Assembly: GCA_038087875.1 (NCBI GenBank)
Contig: JAXLNO010002534.1
Coordinates: 1-64,000, forward strand
Reading direction: 5' to 3'
Length of the DNA: 64,000 bases
Source: Malacoraja senta
Lineage: Eukaryota
The stretch's first letter is position 1. Every line of letters starts with the position of its first letter. The notes beneath the pieces are model-generated. The model did not search any database. It saw nothing but the letters and a program-made list of their open reading frames with translations, and was not told the DNA's origin. This document shows, piece after piece, positions 47,571 to 60,239 of this stretch. The position numbers and the translations under genes were made by a program.

Positions 47571-47613
47571 GCAATCAGAATAAAAATACAACGGGTCGTC
47601 ACCAGTTGTCGAG
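47571..47613 (-). promoter_or_regulatory. Candidate MHC X1/X2-Y promoter module
   Basis: Minus strand CTCGACAACTGGTG (X1-like) overlaps TGACG (X2/CRE half-site). After 21 bp comes CTGATTGC (Y-box CTGATTGG with one mismatch), about 55 bp upstream of the first ATG of the leader exon. Confidence 0.55.
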
Positions 47614-48199
47614 CGATGTCATTGAACCAGCAGGAAACAATTGACTGTAATGGAGACATGAGGAGGTGCTGATGCCGATTTACAACAACAATAGACCCAA
47701 AGTGCTGGTGTAACTCAGCAGGTCAGGTCGCAACTCCGGAGGGCATAGATAGGTGACGATAGACACAAAGCGCTGGAGTAACTCAACGGGTCGAGCAGCA
47801 TCTTTGGAGAAAAAGGATAGGTGACTATTGTCAGTCTGAAGTAGGGTCCCAATCTGAAACAGCGCCTGTCAATGTCCTCCAGAGATGTTGCCCGACCTGC
47901 TGAGTTACTCCAGCACTTTGGTTTTATCGCACTCTATAGCAAATGGAATGGAAAGGCAGGGCGTAGTTGCCTGGAACTGTAATTGCGTTTGAGATAATGC
48001 TCCATTCTTATGCTGCTAACTGCTCCTTATGTTATGATTCAGGAGACCCATAAATCCAATGCCTATCCTGACTTGAATCATTACAATGCAGAACAAAAAG
48101 GAGGAAACCAAACACTGTCCACAGCTGGTAGAGCTGCTGCCTCACAGCACCAGAGACCAGCGTTAGATCCTGACCTCTGGTATTGTCTGTGTAGATTTT

Positions 48200-48407
48200 C
48201 TTTAAGAAAAAACTGCAGATGCTGGAAAAATCGAAGGTAGACAAAAATGCTGGAGAAACTCAGCGGGTGAGGCAGCATCTATGGAGCAAAGGAATAGGCA
48301 ACGTTTCCGGTCGAAACCCTCCAAGAAGGGTCTTGACCCCAAACTATTCCTTCGCTCCATAGATGCTGCCTCACCCCCTGAGTTTCTCCAGCATTTTTGT
48401 CTAGCTA
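48200..48407. mobile_element. Inverted hammerhead-repeat pair inserted into an HE1 SINE with a 13-bp target duplication
   Basis: CTGTGTAGATTTT (48187-48199) and CTGTATAGATTTT (48408-48420) flank the pair. The SINE head (from about 48115) and body (to about 48640) are continuous across it. Confidence 0.75.
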
Positions 48408-49024
48408 CTGTATAGATTTTGTTCCTTCTTCCTGTGACCACCTGGGTTCTTCCCGGGTGCTCTGGTTTTCTCCCACATTCCACAGGTGTGTGGGTTTGTC
48501 AGTTAATTCACATCTGTAAATTTCCCCTAGTGTGTGTGGGGATTGGACAAAAAAGTGGGATAACATTGAACTAGTGTGAAGGGGTGATCGGTGGTCAGCA
48601 TGATGGGCTGAAGGGCCTGTTTCCATGTTGTATTTTTCAACTCAAAATGGAATTCTGTAACACAGTTATATTGGAAGCTAGTTTGGACATTGAAACTGTG
48701 CAGCAAATGGTGGTGGATATAGACGGCGATGGTGTCTACAAATTTATCAAGGATCTATCTATCATATATGGGGAGAACTTACACAATAGCATTGGTATTG
48801 GTTTATTATTGTCACTTGTATTGTGATATAGTGAAAAGCTTTTATTTGCATCCTAATCAAACCAGATCAGAAATGACTGAGGGATTGTATTGAACAACAG
48901 GGCAGGCTTGTGGGCCTGTTTCAATGCAATAAACTCCATATTAATGTACCATATAAAGAATGCAGGTGCTTGTATGGTTGGTGATGAGCCCAAAATATTG
49001 CTTTTGTAATTCAAGATATCCTCA

Positions 49025-49305
49025 GTGTTGCAACGGTAGAGTTGCTGCCTATAGCAGCCGAGACTCGGGTCGATTCTGACTAACGGTGCTGTCTGTACAG
49101 TGTTTGTACATTCTCCCTGCATCTCCATGCGTGACGGCATTGTTTTTCTCTGGGTGCTCCAGTTTCCTCCCACATCTCAAAGAAGTACAGGTTTTTAGGT
49201 TAACTTGCTTTGGTAAAATTGTAAATTGTCACCTGTCGTTGTATAGTACTATTGTACGGGGAATTAGCGAGGACTCGGTGGGCCGAAGGGCCTGCTTCCG
49301 TGATG
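49025..49305 (+). mobile_element. HE1-like SINE
   Basis: Forward copy. Two reverse copies follow at about 49880-50165 and 50185-50400. Confidence 0.83.
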
Positions 49306-51789
49306 TGCCTCTGATGTCTAATGTCAAAATGTTAATTTCTATTCATTTTAATTTTCAGCTCTTAATCAAAATCATTTCAATCAACCCAAAGATGTCTGTG
49401 TTTCTCCCTCACTACACCAGATTTAAGTCTGCATTTTTAAAAATGCTTTTAATTTTGCTCAGATAGTGCTGAACTAATTTGCTGAACAAAGAAAAATGAA
49501 GTATTTGTTGGCCATGAGTAAAGTCTGTTCTGCAGCTCAATTAGGTCATGACTGATCTACTCATGACCAGAAGAGTCTGTAGCCAGTAACCCACAACTTC
49601 CCAAAGAAACAAATCCATCCTTCTCAGTAACGTAATGAATCTACAATCTGCAGTTCAAAATTCCCACCATTCGTTATCATCTGGGAGAAAAATAAAACAA
49701 TATTCTCCTCAGTTTGAAACCTAGGCCTCCAAGGTCTAGTTTCCTCCATGAGGGGAACTATCAAGAACAGGAGGAAATAGAACAGTAGTTGGCTATCAGC
49801 CCCTGAGAATAGTCACCAAACTTGTCCCACCATTCAATAAAATTATCACTGTTCAGTTGGCCTCAGCTCCTTAGATTAATTTGGTTTAGAGGTACAGCCT
49901 TGAAACAGGCCCTTAGGCCCACTGAGTCTGTGCTGACCAGTGATCCCCCCACAGTAACACTATCCTACACACACCTGGGGCCAAATAACCTGCAAACCGG
50001 CATGTCTTTGGAGAGTGGGAGGAAGCTGGAACCCCCAGAGAAAACCACACAGGTCACGGGGAGAACGTTTAAAAAATCCATACATACAGCACCCATGGTC
50101 AGGATCAAACCTGGGTCTCTGCCACTGCAAGGGTAGCAACTATACCGCTGCTACTCCGTGCCACCCCTTTGCATCACCATGCTGCCTACACAGTTCTATC
50201 CTATACACATGGGACAATTTACAGATGCCAATTAACCTATAAACCTGCAGGTCTTTGGAACTGGGAGGAAACCGAAGCACCAGGGGAAAACCCATGCAGT
50301 CACAGAGAGAACATACAAAGTTGGTACAGACAGCACCCTTAGTCAGGATCAAACCTGAGTCACAGGTACTGCAAGGAAGTAACTCCACTGCTGTGCCACT
50401 CTGAGGCCCCTCTGATTGAAATGTTGGTTGCAAGTTCTAACTTTATTCATGAGGGTAATCGTCAACAACACAAGTAAAAATAGCAGGAGTGGACTACTCC
50501 TCCTCTGTTCCATTACCCCAAAACCCTCAATTGCCTGAATCATTCAAAGCTTTCTCTATCTGTTCATAAGCATATCTAATGCCTTAGCCACCACCACCTC
50601 TGGGCACAGAATTCCAGCGATTCACACCCTTCTGAAAGAAGTAATTTTTATGTACCTCAGTTTTAAACAACTGGTCCCTTATTCTGTAGTTGTTTCCCAT
50701 TGTTTTTAGACTTTCCCACCAGTGAAACATCTCAACATCTATCATGAAAAGCCCCTTAAGATATTGCATGTGTGAATAAGGTCACTCATCACTTTCTACA
50801 CTCCAAGGAATGCAGACCTAAAGTGTTTACCGCTCTTGATGGGACAACCTTTTCATCTCTTGCTTTGTTTGGTGAATTTCACCTGGTCTGCATCCAATGC
50901 TCCTATACCCTTTTTAATGTTAAACTGTGTGCGGTTTTCCAGTTATTGACTCACTATCATCCTGCATAATTCCAATATAACTTCCCTGTTCTTAAATTCC
51001 ATCCCCTTTGCAGTAAAGACTGCATTTTTTCCATTGGTTACTGGGCCTGCTACTAACTTAATTTGATGCATGCACTTGAATACCAAGATCCCATCTGAAC
51101 TTCACTCAGTTACAGTCTCTCTCCATTTAGACAAGAATCCACCATTTAAGGTTTAGCTTTAGGTTTGGTATTGTGATGTGTATCAAGGTACGGTGAAAAG
51201 CATTGTGTTTGCTGTTGTATACATAAATACTATCAAGCGAAACGCCAGTACAATAGGCAGACTGAAGGATAAGATACAGAGTGAAGAATATAGCTCTCAA
51301 CATTATTGTACAACAGTTCCAGAGACAAAATCCAATGGCCATATTGAGGTAAAGGGGAATTGGGAATGGGTCCTAGCACATGGAACATTCAAAAGCCTGA
51401 TAACAGAGGAGAAGAAGCTGTTCCTGTGTCTGGTGCTCTACACCTTTAAGCTCTGCATCTTCTGCCTGATGGAAGTGGAGAAAAAAGGAATCACTAGTGT
51501 GAGAAAGGTCTTTGACTATGTTGGCTGTCTTCCTGAAGAGGCAGGAAGTGTAAATGGAGACAATGATGGGCAGTCTGGTCTGTGTGATGGACTGTGCTAC
51601 ATCCACACCTCTCTGCAATACCTTGTGGTCTTGGGAAAAGCTATTCTGAAAATAAGCTGTGACGTAACCTGATAATATGCTTTCTATGGTGCATCTATGG
51701 AAGTTGGTAAGAGTCATTGGACACATACCAAATTTCCTCAGTCGTCTGAGGAAATGGAGGCATTGGTGTGCCTTCTTGGCTGTTCCTTC

Positions 51790-52440
51790 AATGTGGTTGG
51801 TCCATCATAGCAAAAGGATTTGAGTATAGGAGCAGGGAGGTTCTACTGCAGTTGTACAGGGTCTTGGTGAGACCACACCTGGAGTATTGCGTACAGTTTT
51901 GGTCTCCAAATCTGAGGAAGGACATTATAGCCATAGAGGGAGTGCAGAGAAGGTTCACCAGACTGATTCCTGGGATGTCAGGACTATCATATGAAGAAAG
52001 ACTGGATAGACTTGGCTTATACTCGCTAGAATTTAGGAGATTGAGAGGGGATCTTATAGAAACGTACAAAATTCTTATGGGGTTGGACAGGCTAGATGCA
52101 GGAAGATTGTTCCCGATGTTGGGGAAGTCCAGGACAAGGGGTCACAGCTTAAGGATAAGGGGGAAATCCTTTAAGACCGAGATGAGGAAAAACGTTTTCA
52201 CACAGAGAGTGGTGAATCTCAGGAACTCTCTGCCACAGAGGGTAGTTGAGGCCAGTTCATTGGCTATATTTAAGAGGGAGTTAGATGGGGCCCTTGTGGC
52301 TAAAGGGATCAGGGGGTATGGAGAGAAGGCAGGTACGGGATACTGAGTTGGATGATCAGCCATGATCATATTGAATGGCGGTGCAGGCTCGAAGGGCCGA
52401 ATGGCCTACTCCTGCACCTATTTTCTATGTATCTATGTAT
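51790..52440 (+). mobile_element. CR1/HER1-like LINE 3' fragment (young subfamily)
   Basis: ORF 51768-52346, nearly identical to the copies at 4578 and 21985. Confidence 0.92.
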
Positions 52441-53344
52441 CAAGGTTCGTTGGTAATATTTACACCAAAGATTTTGAAGCTCTCAACCATTTCTACTTTG
52501 GCACCATTGATACTGATTGGGGCAAGGTGACTTGATTCCTCATGCCAAAGAGCATGACTCGAAGCATCACCAATTCTACCTAGAGATGCTGCTTGTCCTG
52601 CTAAGTTACTCCAGCATTTTGTGTCTATCTTCAGTGTGAAGCAGCATCTGCAGTTCCTTCCTACACAATTTGGCTGCTCCACTGAGAAATCTCCTCAAGG
52701 TATGCCTACTTTGAAGAGGTTCTCCTCCTCTCTCCAACGAGAGTTCTGCAGTCTGAAAATGGGTCTCGACCTGAAACGTCACCCATTCCTTCTATCTAGA
52801 GATGCTGCCTGTCCCGCTGAGTTACCCCAGCATTTTGTATCTATCTTCAGCATGACCTCACAGTTTCCCACATTAAACACATTAGCCAAGTTTTGACTAA
52901 TCACTCAAGCTATCTATATCCTGTTGTAAAATCATACTTTCCTCATTAAACCGTGCCATTTCATCTATTTTTGTATCATTGCCAAAACTGGGTCCTTACA
53001 TTGGTTCCCTGCTCCAATTAGTTGAGGGGAGCCCTGATAGAAGTATGTAAAATTATGAAAGGCATGGATGGGTTTGGCTCCCGTCTGGCAGAAGGTGCAG
53101 AAGATTGAAGGCACATACCACCAGCCTCAGCGACAGCTTCTTCCCCTCTGTTATCTGGCTTCTGAACAGTTTTTCTGTAGGTTATGGTAAGTATGATTTA
53201 TGTCTATCCACCGAGATCATTGGTCTTTCTCACTGGAACTGATGCGCTACAATGCTGAGATCGTTATTCTGCACGATATTATTCCCCTTTCAATTGATTA
53301 TATCTGTGTATAGTATATCTAATCTGTTTGGATAGCATGGCATG

Positions 53345-54385
53345 CCTAGGTCCTTGGATGGAGTCAAGGGGGGAGGTAAAGCGACAAGTGTAGCATTTCC
53401 TGCGGTGGCAAGGGAAAATACCAGGGGAGGGAGTGGTTTGGGTGGGAAGGGACAAATTGAGCAGGGAGTTACAGAGGGAGCAGTCTCTGCAGAAAGCTGA
53501 AAGGGGAGAAGATGAGAAGATGTGGCCAGTGATGGGATCCCGTTGGAGGTGGTGAATATGTCAGAGGATTATCTGTTGTATGTGACGGCTGGTAGGGTGT
53601 AATGTGAGGACAAGGGGGACTTGTCACGATTGGGGGGATGGGGAGTGAGAGCGGAGCAACGAGATATAGAAGAGACCCTGGTGAGAGCCTCATCTATAGT
53701 CGAAGAGAAGAAGCCCCGTTCTCTAACCTTCCCCTCCCCTGGCACTTTCACTTGCAACTGCAGGAAATGCTACACTTGTCGCTTTATCTCCCCCCTTGAC
53801 TCCATCCAAGGATCTAAGCAGTCTTTCCAAGTGAGGCAGAGGTTCACCTGCCCCTCCTCCAACCTCATCTATTGCATCCGCTGCTCTAGGTCTCAACTGC
53901 TCTACATCGGTGAGACCAAGCTCAGGCTTGGCGATCGCTTCGCCCAACACCTCCGCTCAGTCCGCATTAACCAACCTGATCTCCCGGTGGCTCAGCACTT
54001 CAACCCCCCCTCCCATTCAGAATCCGACCTTTCTGTCCTGCGTCTCCTCCACAGCCAGAGTAAGACCCTCTGCAAATTGGAGGGGCAGCATATCATTTTT
54101 CGCTTGAGTAGTTTACACCCCAGCGGTATGAACATTGACCTCCATTTTCAGGTAGTCTTTGCTTTCTCCCTCCTTCCCCTCCCCTTCGAAGCTCTCCCAC
54201 AGCCTACTATCTCCACCTCTTCCTTTCTTCTTCCCGCCCCCCACCCCCATATCAGTCTGAAGAAGGGTCTCGACCCAAAACGTCACCTATTCCTTTGCTC
54301 CATAGATGCTGCCTCACCACTGAGTTTCTCCACCATTTTTGTCTACCTTGGATTTTTCCAGCATCTGCAGTTCTTTCTTAAACAT
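53345..54385 (+). mobile_element. Penelope-like 3' fragment with inverted 5' segment
   Basis: 53723-54385 on + (GIY-YIG LYIGETKLRLGDRFAQH, plus tail) abuts 53345-53722 on -, which holds the upstream part of the same ORF. Confidence 0.85.
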
Positions 54386-54790
54386 GTACTTGTTCCTTGT
54401 ACTTTTCCTGAGTGTATGGTGGGGGTAATATGGAGAGAGCTTTACCCAAAATCAAATGTGAGGTAAGAGTCGTTTAATTGTCATATGTATCAACAATAGA
54501 ACAACAAAATTCTGACTTGCTGCAGCTTCACCTGCATGTAACTGCAATAACACAGAGATAATATAAAACAACCAATAAAACAATAAATTAATAACTGTAA
54601 TACTGGACTATCATAATAGTGCAAAAAACTAAATTCATATTACATTCAAAGACAGTCCATAGATGATCATCGATGCTGAAGTTAGTTTTGTGTGATGTTG
54701 AAGAGCCTGATGATTGCTGAGAAGAGACTATTCTTGAATCTGGTTGTCACGGTTTTCAGGCTGCTGTATCTTTCCCAAAATCTATACTTG

Positions 54791-55098
54791 GGGGCGGCAG
54801 GGTGGCGCAGCGGTAGAGTTGCTGCCTTATAGCACCAGACACCAGGGTTCGATCCTGACTATGGGTGCGGTCTGCACGGAGTTTGTATGTTGGGTGAACG
54901 CATGGGTTTTCTCCGGGTGCTCCAGTTTCCTCCCACACTCCAAAGACGTACAGGTTTGTAGGTTAATTGGTTTGTAAATTGTAATTTGTACCTAGTGTGT
55001 GTAGGATAGTGCCAATGTAAAGGGATCATTGGTCTTCGCAAACTTGGTAGGCCGGAAGGCCTGTTTCCACGCTGTATCTCTAAACTAAACTAAACTAA
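54791..55098 (+). mobile_element. HE1-like tRNA-derived SINE (best-preserved copy)
   Basis: A box TGGCGCAGCGG, B box GGTTCGATCC, central domain TGGGTTTTCTCCGGGTGCTCCAGTTTCCTCCCACA and tail CTGTATCTC(TAAAC)n. Confidence 0.9.
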
Positions 55099-55143
55099 TT
55101 CTGCCCTGAGAGTGTGTGCATGGACAACGCAGACACAGTTTAA

Positions 55144-55460
55144 AGGCCCTGTCCCACTGTACGAGCTAATTCAAGAGTTCTCCCGAGTTTCCCCTGATTC
55201 GAACTCGGAGAATTACGGTAATTGCCGGTCATAGGTACTTGGGGCTCTCGTGGACTTTTTTCAACATGTTGAAAAATCTTCACGAGTCTTCACGAGCTTA
55301 CCGCGTTTCCCAAGTACCTGCCGTTAGCGTTACGAGCCGCTAGGAGACTTCCCGAGCTCCGACGTACCCGCTACATACATTCTACGTGCTTACCACGAGT
55401 TTAATTTTTTTTTAAACTCGGGAGAGCTCTTGAATTACCTCGTACAGTGGGACAGGCTTT
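55144..55460. mobile_element. PIF/Harbinger-like MITE
   Basis: About 50-bp imperfect TIRs (AGGCCCTGTCCCACTGTACGAG.TAATTCAAGAG.TCTCCCGAGTTT and its reverse complement). Flanks are TAA / GAA. Confidence 0.8.
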
Positions 55461-55704
55461 GAATTTTCTTATTAAAAGGCAGTACATTGAGGCAACTGGC
55501 AGAATTGGTGCCTCTCTGCTACAGCAACTTGGATTCAATCCTGATCCGGGTACAACGTGTATCATTTTCTTGTTCTCCCTATGACACGTGGATCTCCACC
55601 AAATGCTCCGTTCCTCCTATATCTCAAAGACATGCGAGTTGGTTGGTTAATTGAATTTTGTAAATTGCCCAGTGTCTGATTGGATGACAGATGTTGTCTA
55701 TGTT

Positions 55705-56010
55705 TAGTTTAGTTTAGAGATACAGTGAGGAAACAGACCCTACAGCCCACAGGGCCTGCACCGACCAGCGATCCCCGCATTTTAACGCTACCCTACACAC
55801 ACTAGGGGTAATTTTACCTTTTATACCAAGCCAATTAACGTACACACCTGTACGTCTTTGGAGTGTGGGAGGAAACCGAAGATCTTGGAGAAAAGCTACG
55901 CAGGTCACAGGGAGAACGTACAAACTCCATATAGAAAAGCACTTGTAGTCAGGATTGAACCCAGGTCTCTGGCACTGTAAAGCAGTAGCCTTATGACTAT
56001 GCCACCATGC
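55705..56010 (-). mobile_element. HE1-like SINE
   Basis: Full-length reverse copy. Further partial copies lie at about 11414-11605, 15700-15860, 17510-17728, 18350-18530 and 33590-33740. Confidence 0.87.
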
Positions 56011-56264
56011 CATCCTTCAGCAAGGTCCCACATGGGTGGCTGGTCCATTAGGTTGGAAAACATGGGATCCAGGGTGAGCTAGTCAATTGGACACAAAGTT
56101 GGCTTGGTGGTAGGAGTCAGAGAATGGTAGTGCAGGGTTGTTGTTTTTTACATAGGAAGCCTGTGACCAGTGGTATGCCTCAGGGACTGATGCTCTCATG
56201 TCATTCAGTCACACACAGTGCTCTCAGACTGATTAATGATTTCAATTTGCAGAAATGAAAGAGA

Positions 56265-56390
56265 TGAAGGAAAGAGAGATAGAGCTGAGGGATGAGAGAT
56301 GGAGAGATAAATAGATGGAGAGAGATAGGGAGATAGAGAGAGAGAGATATATAGTGAGATGGAGAGAGATGATAGATAGAGAGAGGGATA
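56265..56390. repeat. GA-rich low-complexity tract
   Basis: (GA)n/(GATA)-rich run. Confidence 0.8.
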
Positions 56391-57039
56391 ATGTGATTGA
56401 TACTTGTTGAGAGCAGAGCTGAAAATAGGTGAGGTGACCTTGGGAAACAGTGTGGACACAGGATGTCTGGGGATGGCCAGTTTATAAATGGACTACACAA
56501 TGAAGGAAAATAGATCAATGTTAAGAGTTCTCAAGCCAGATAAGCAAAACAAAGATGTGTTTTGTTATTCAGTCCATGGATGAGTGGCAACTTGAATTTC
56601 TTGATTTTCTTTTCAGAGTTCAGACCTTGGATTAGAGTCTATTGTGCAACAAATCAGCTGAGCCCCTGGACAGATTAATGGTTGCCTGTTCAACATTCTG
56701 TACAACTGTAACACGACACCCCAACCCTAGTCCTCAGTACCATGGCTGAGGAAACAAGGCATAACATATACTCTGTGTAGGAATGAACAGCAGATGCTAA
56801 TTTAAACCGAAGATAGACACAAGGTGTCCCTCAGGGTTCAGTGCTGGGCCCATTGCTGATTGTAGTTTATATAAGCGACTTAGATGAAAATGTGCGGCAT
56901 GATTAGAAACTTTGCAGATGACATTGACATAGTTGGTATCATAAACAGTGAACGTAGTTATCAAAAATTACAGCTAGATCTTGATCAGTGAGGCAGGTGG
57001 GCTGAAGAATGGTTAATGGAGCTTCCAGGCCTGACCTAC

Positions 57040-57530
57040 TGACACTGTTGATCATGCCACCATCGGCCCACAAAGCTTCCAGGCCATGTTTGCCGCAAAC
57101 CTTGACCTGTACTCTAGCCACTCGTGGGCCCATTGACTCCGCCGATCCTCGCCTCTTCACCGGCCACCAGCCGGCCAAAGACATCAACTCACATGGTTTG
57201 CAGGTCCCTTTTCCGGCCTTGGGCCTCTACGCTGCTGGCCCCGACAATATACAGTAAAGCTCTCCGACTTCCTTCTGATACAGAAGTCAGTCTTCAACAG
57301 AGGCCTTATCTTTGTATCCCTACGCCCCACCTCAACAAATTCAGGGCTCACCATGAGGTAGAGATCTTCTTCAGGTGCCTCCGCCTCCAAGCCTTTTTCT
57401 ACGGGAAGGAGTCCTCACCTCCCGGTGAAAACACAGTCCTCCTTATCCTACAAACCCCACCCTCTTTGACCCCCTGTGCCAGCCTTCCACCCTCTCCCGA
57501 CCTGTTTATTTCGAACTGCCGGCATGACAT
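57040..57530 (+). mobile_element. Penelope-like ORF N-terminal fragment
   Basis: PHLNKFRAHHEVEIFFRCLRLQAFFYGK..DLFISNCRHDI resembles the region upstream of the RT in these elements. Confidence 0.6.
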
Positions 57531-58744
57531 ATCTCTAAACCAAACTCAATTATGAACAAATGGTGATTCATTTCTAAGTCAGGATGGATCCCAGGTCAGG
57601 TTCCCACACATCTGCTGACCTTGTTGTTCTTGTGCTTGAGATGTTGAGTTTGGAATGTTCTGATGGACTAGATGACACGTATCTGCACTGTGTTTTGTCG
57701 CTGGTTAAAGCTTGTGGTGCAGTGAATAAACGAGGAAATGAAATTGAGCATTGTGCAATCAACAACAGACAATCACTTTTGACTTTATAATGGAAGGATG
57801 GTCACTAAAGTACCAGATCTTGATTATTGAGTACTCCACATCTTCCAGGCACCTAACATTGATTTACCTTGATCGGGTTACTTGGATCTGCATAAGGAAT
57901 GGGAACAGCTTCAAACAATCTACTTGATTGTCGTTAATTAATTTTATTAATAATATCATAGAGTCATAGAGTGATACAGTTTGGAAACAGGTCCTTCGGC
58001 CCAACTCGCCCACACCGGCCAACAATGTCCCAGCTACACTGGTCCCACTTGCCTGCGATTGTCTAACTGTTTCTTAAAAGATAGAATAGTCCCAGCCTCA
58101 ACTCCCTCCTCTGGCAGCTTGTTCCATACACCTACCACCCTTTGTGTGAAAATGTTAACCCTCGGATTCCTATTAAATCTTTTTCCCCTTCACCTTGAAC
58201 CTATGTCCTCTGGTCCTCGATTCCCCTACTCTGGGCAAAGTCTCTGTGCATTGAATAACAGTTGATTGCGTTATCATTTCAATGTGTGCTGATCTTTCAG
58301 GAAACTTTCCAAGTCAATCCATGTTCATCACACTCAGTCACTTTGAGGTAACATTGGCTGGGCAGGTTGTCCCTTATGGTAATCTTGATAAGGAATGTCT
58401 GGCCAAGTGTACAATGGCCAATTAATTCATGAAATCAGATTCAAGTTGGGGCTGTGGACCAGTGTCTGTTCCATGCAAGATTAATCCTGATATTGTGAAC
58501 TTTACACTAATACCAAATAATGTGGGCTAAACCCTGCAGCTCCAAACCAGTGCTGCCACCAAAGCAATAGGTTATAAGGTCAAGTTAAATCTCTACATTG
58601 TTTACAACTTTGGAGTTTTGATTTATGCAAAATGTTAGTGGAAATGTGGTAACTCTTGTGTATTGTCTCAATGTAATCTATATTTCCTGTAGTCTTGTAC
58701 TAAAGTATGATTGTCCTTGTGTATTGTAAATGTTTGACAGAACT

Positions 58745-59530
58745 GTAGGGGCGCCAGGGCGGCGTCAGGGCTACGTCTTGTCACCCTGGTTATTCTCACT
58801 CTGCACAATTCAACTCTCATCCCAGTATAGTTCAGTTAAAATATATAAATACGCAGATGACACAACCATCATAGGTCTCATCTCTAACAACAACGAAACA
58901 GAATACCGCACTCAAACAAACAAAGCAGTTACTTGGTGCACAGATAATAACCTCTTACTCAACACATCAAAAACACATGAACTTATCATTGATCTCAGAC
59001 GTAAGGCACAACCCAAGACCCCCCTACTCATCTCTGGCAAACCCATATCCACCACTGACTCATTCAAATTTCTTGGCACTCACATAAGCAATAACCTCAA
59101 ATGGAAAATCAATTCAGATCACATTTATAAAAAAGCCAACCAAAGACTTTTCTTTCTCCGTCAGCTCAAGAAGTTCAGAGTGAGGAAACATCTCCTAATC
59201 CGATTTTACACAGCCATCATCCAAAGCATGCTCACTTCATCAATAACAGTTTGGTACAGCAGTCTAGACACTCACTCCCGTAATAAACTACAGCGCATTG
59301 TCAACAAAGCATCCAAAATCATCAGCACTTCCCTCCCATCAATAGATTCACTCAATCTCAAACGGTCCGTGTCAAGGGTGAAGAAAATCATTTCTGATCC
59401 CTCCCACCCAGCTCACCACATCTTCCACCCGCTGCCGTCAGGAAGGCGCTACAGCTCACTGCCCGCCAAAACATCACGATTTAAAAACAGTTTCTACCCA
59501 TATGCAATTCGAACTCTGAACACTCTATGA
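58745..59530 (+). mobile_element. Rex1/Babar-like LINE RT C-terminal fragment, frame open
   Basis: QGYVLSPWLF, YKYADDTTIIG, FKFLG, KKANQRLFFLRQL and TSRFKNSFYP. Confidence 0.88.
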
Positions 59531-60239
59531 CAACATCACACAGCCACCTCGTGCATGTACTGTATACTGTATGTTGTGTTTTATGTTATGTTTGATGGGA
59601 ATCAGCCTAATCAGCCTATTGTGTAACATCCTGAACATGAATTCCACCAGCTTGACTGTGTGGTTATTAAATAATCTGAATCTGAATCTGTATGCAAAAA
59701 GGAATTTCACTGAACCCAGGTATATGTGACAATAAAGTACCATTGAACCATTGAATCAATGCACCCACTGTCACTTGAATACATAAGCAGGTTATAGTCA
59801 AGAATGATTTTAAAATTCATTTGCCCAGGTTTATGCACAGGTATGAAGTATTAATAGTCTCAGTTCAGTTTAGTTTATTGTGAAATAGTGAAAGCTGTTT
59901 ACAGTGAAAAGCTTTTGTTGTGTGCTAACCAGTCAGCAGAAAGTCAATACATGATTGTAATTGATCTGAAGATAGACACATAAAGCTGGAGTAACTCAGC
60001 AGGACAGGCAGCATCTCTGGAGAGAAGGAATGGATGACGTTTCGGGTTGAGACCCTTCTTCAATTCTTCTCTCCAGAGATGCTGCCTGCCCCGCTGTGTT
60101 ACTCCAGCTTTTTTGTGTCTATCTTCAGTTTAAACCAGTATCTGCAGTTCCTTCGTACACATTACAATCGATCCATTTACAATGTATCACAGCAACTGGA
60201 GAAAGAATCTCATCCTTTAATCCCATTTTTTTTCCTCAG

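Noticed and set aside
56595-56680. Strong acceptor-like tract (ttttcttttcag) on the plus strand
   Set aside because: There is no convincing donor, two frames stop quickly, and I recognise no homology.
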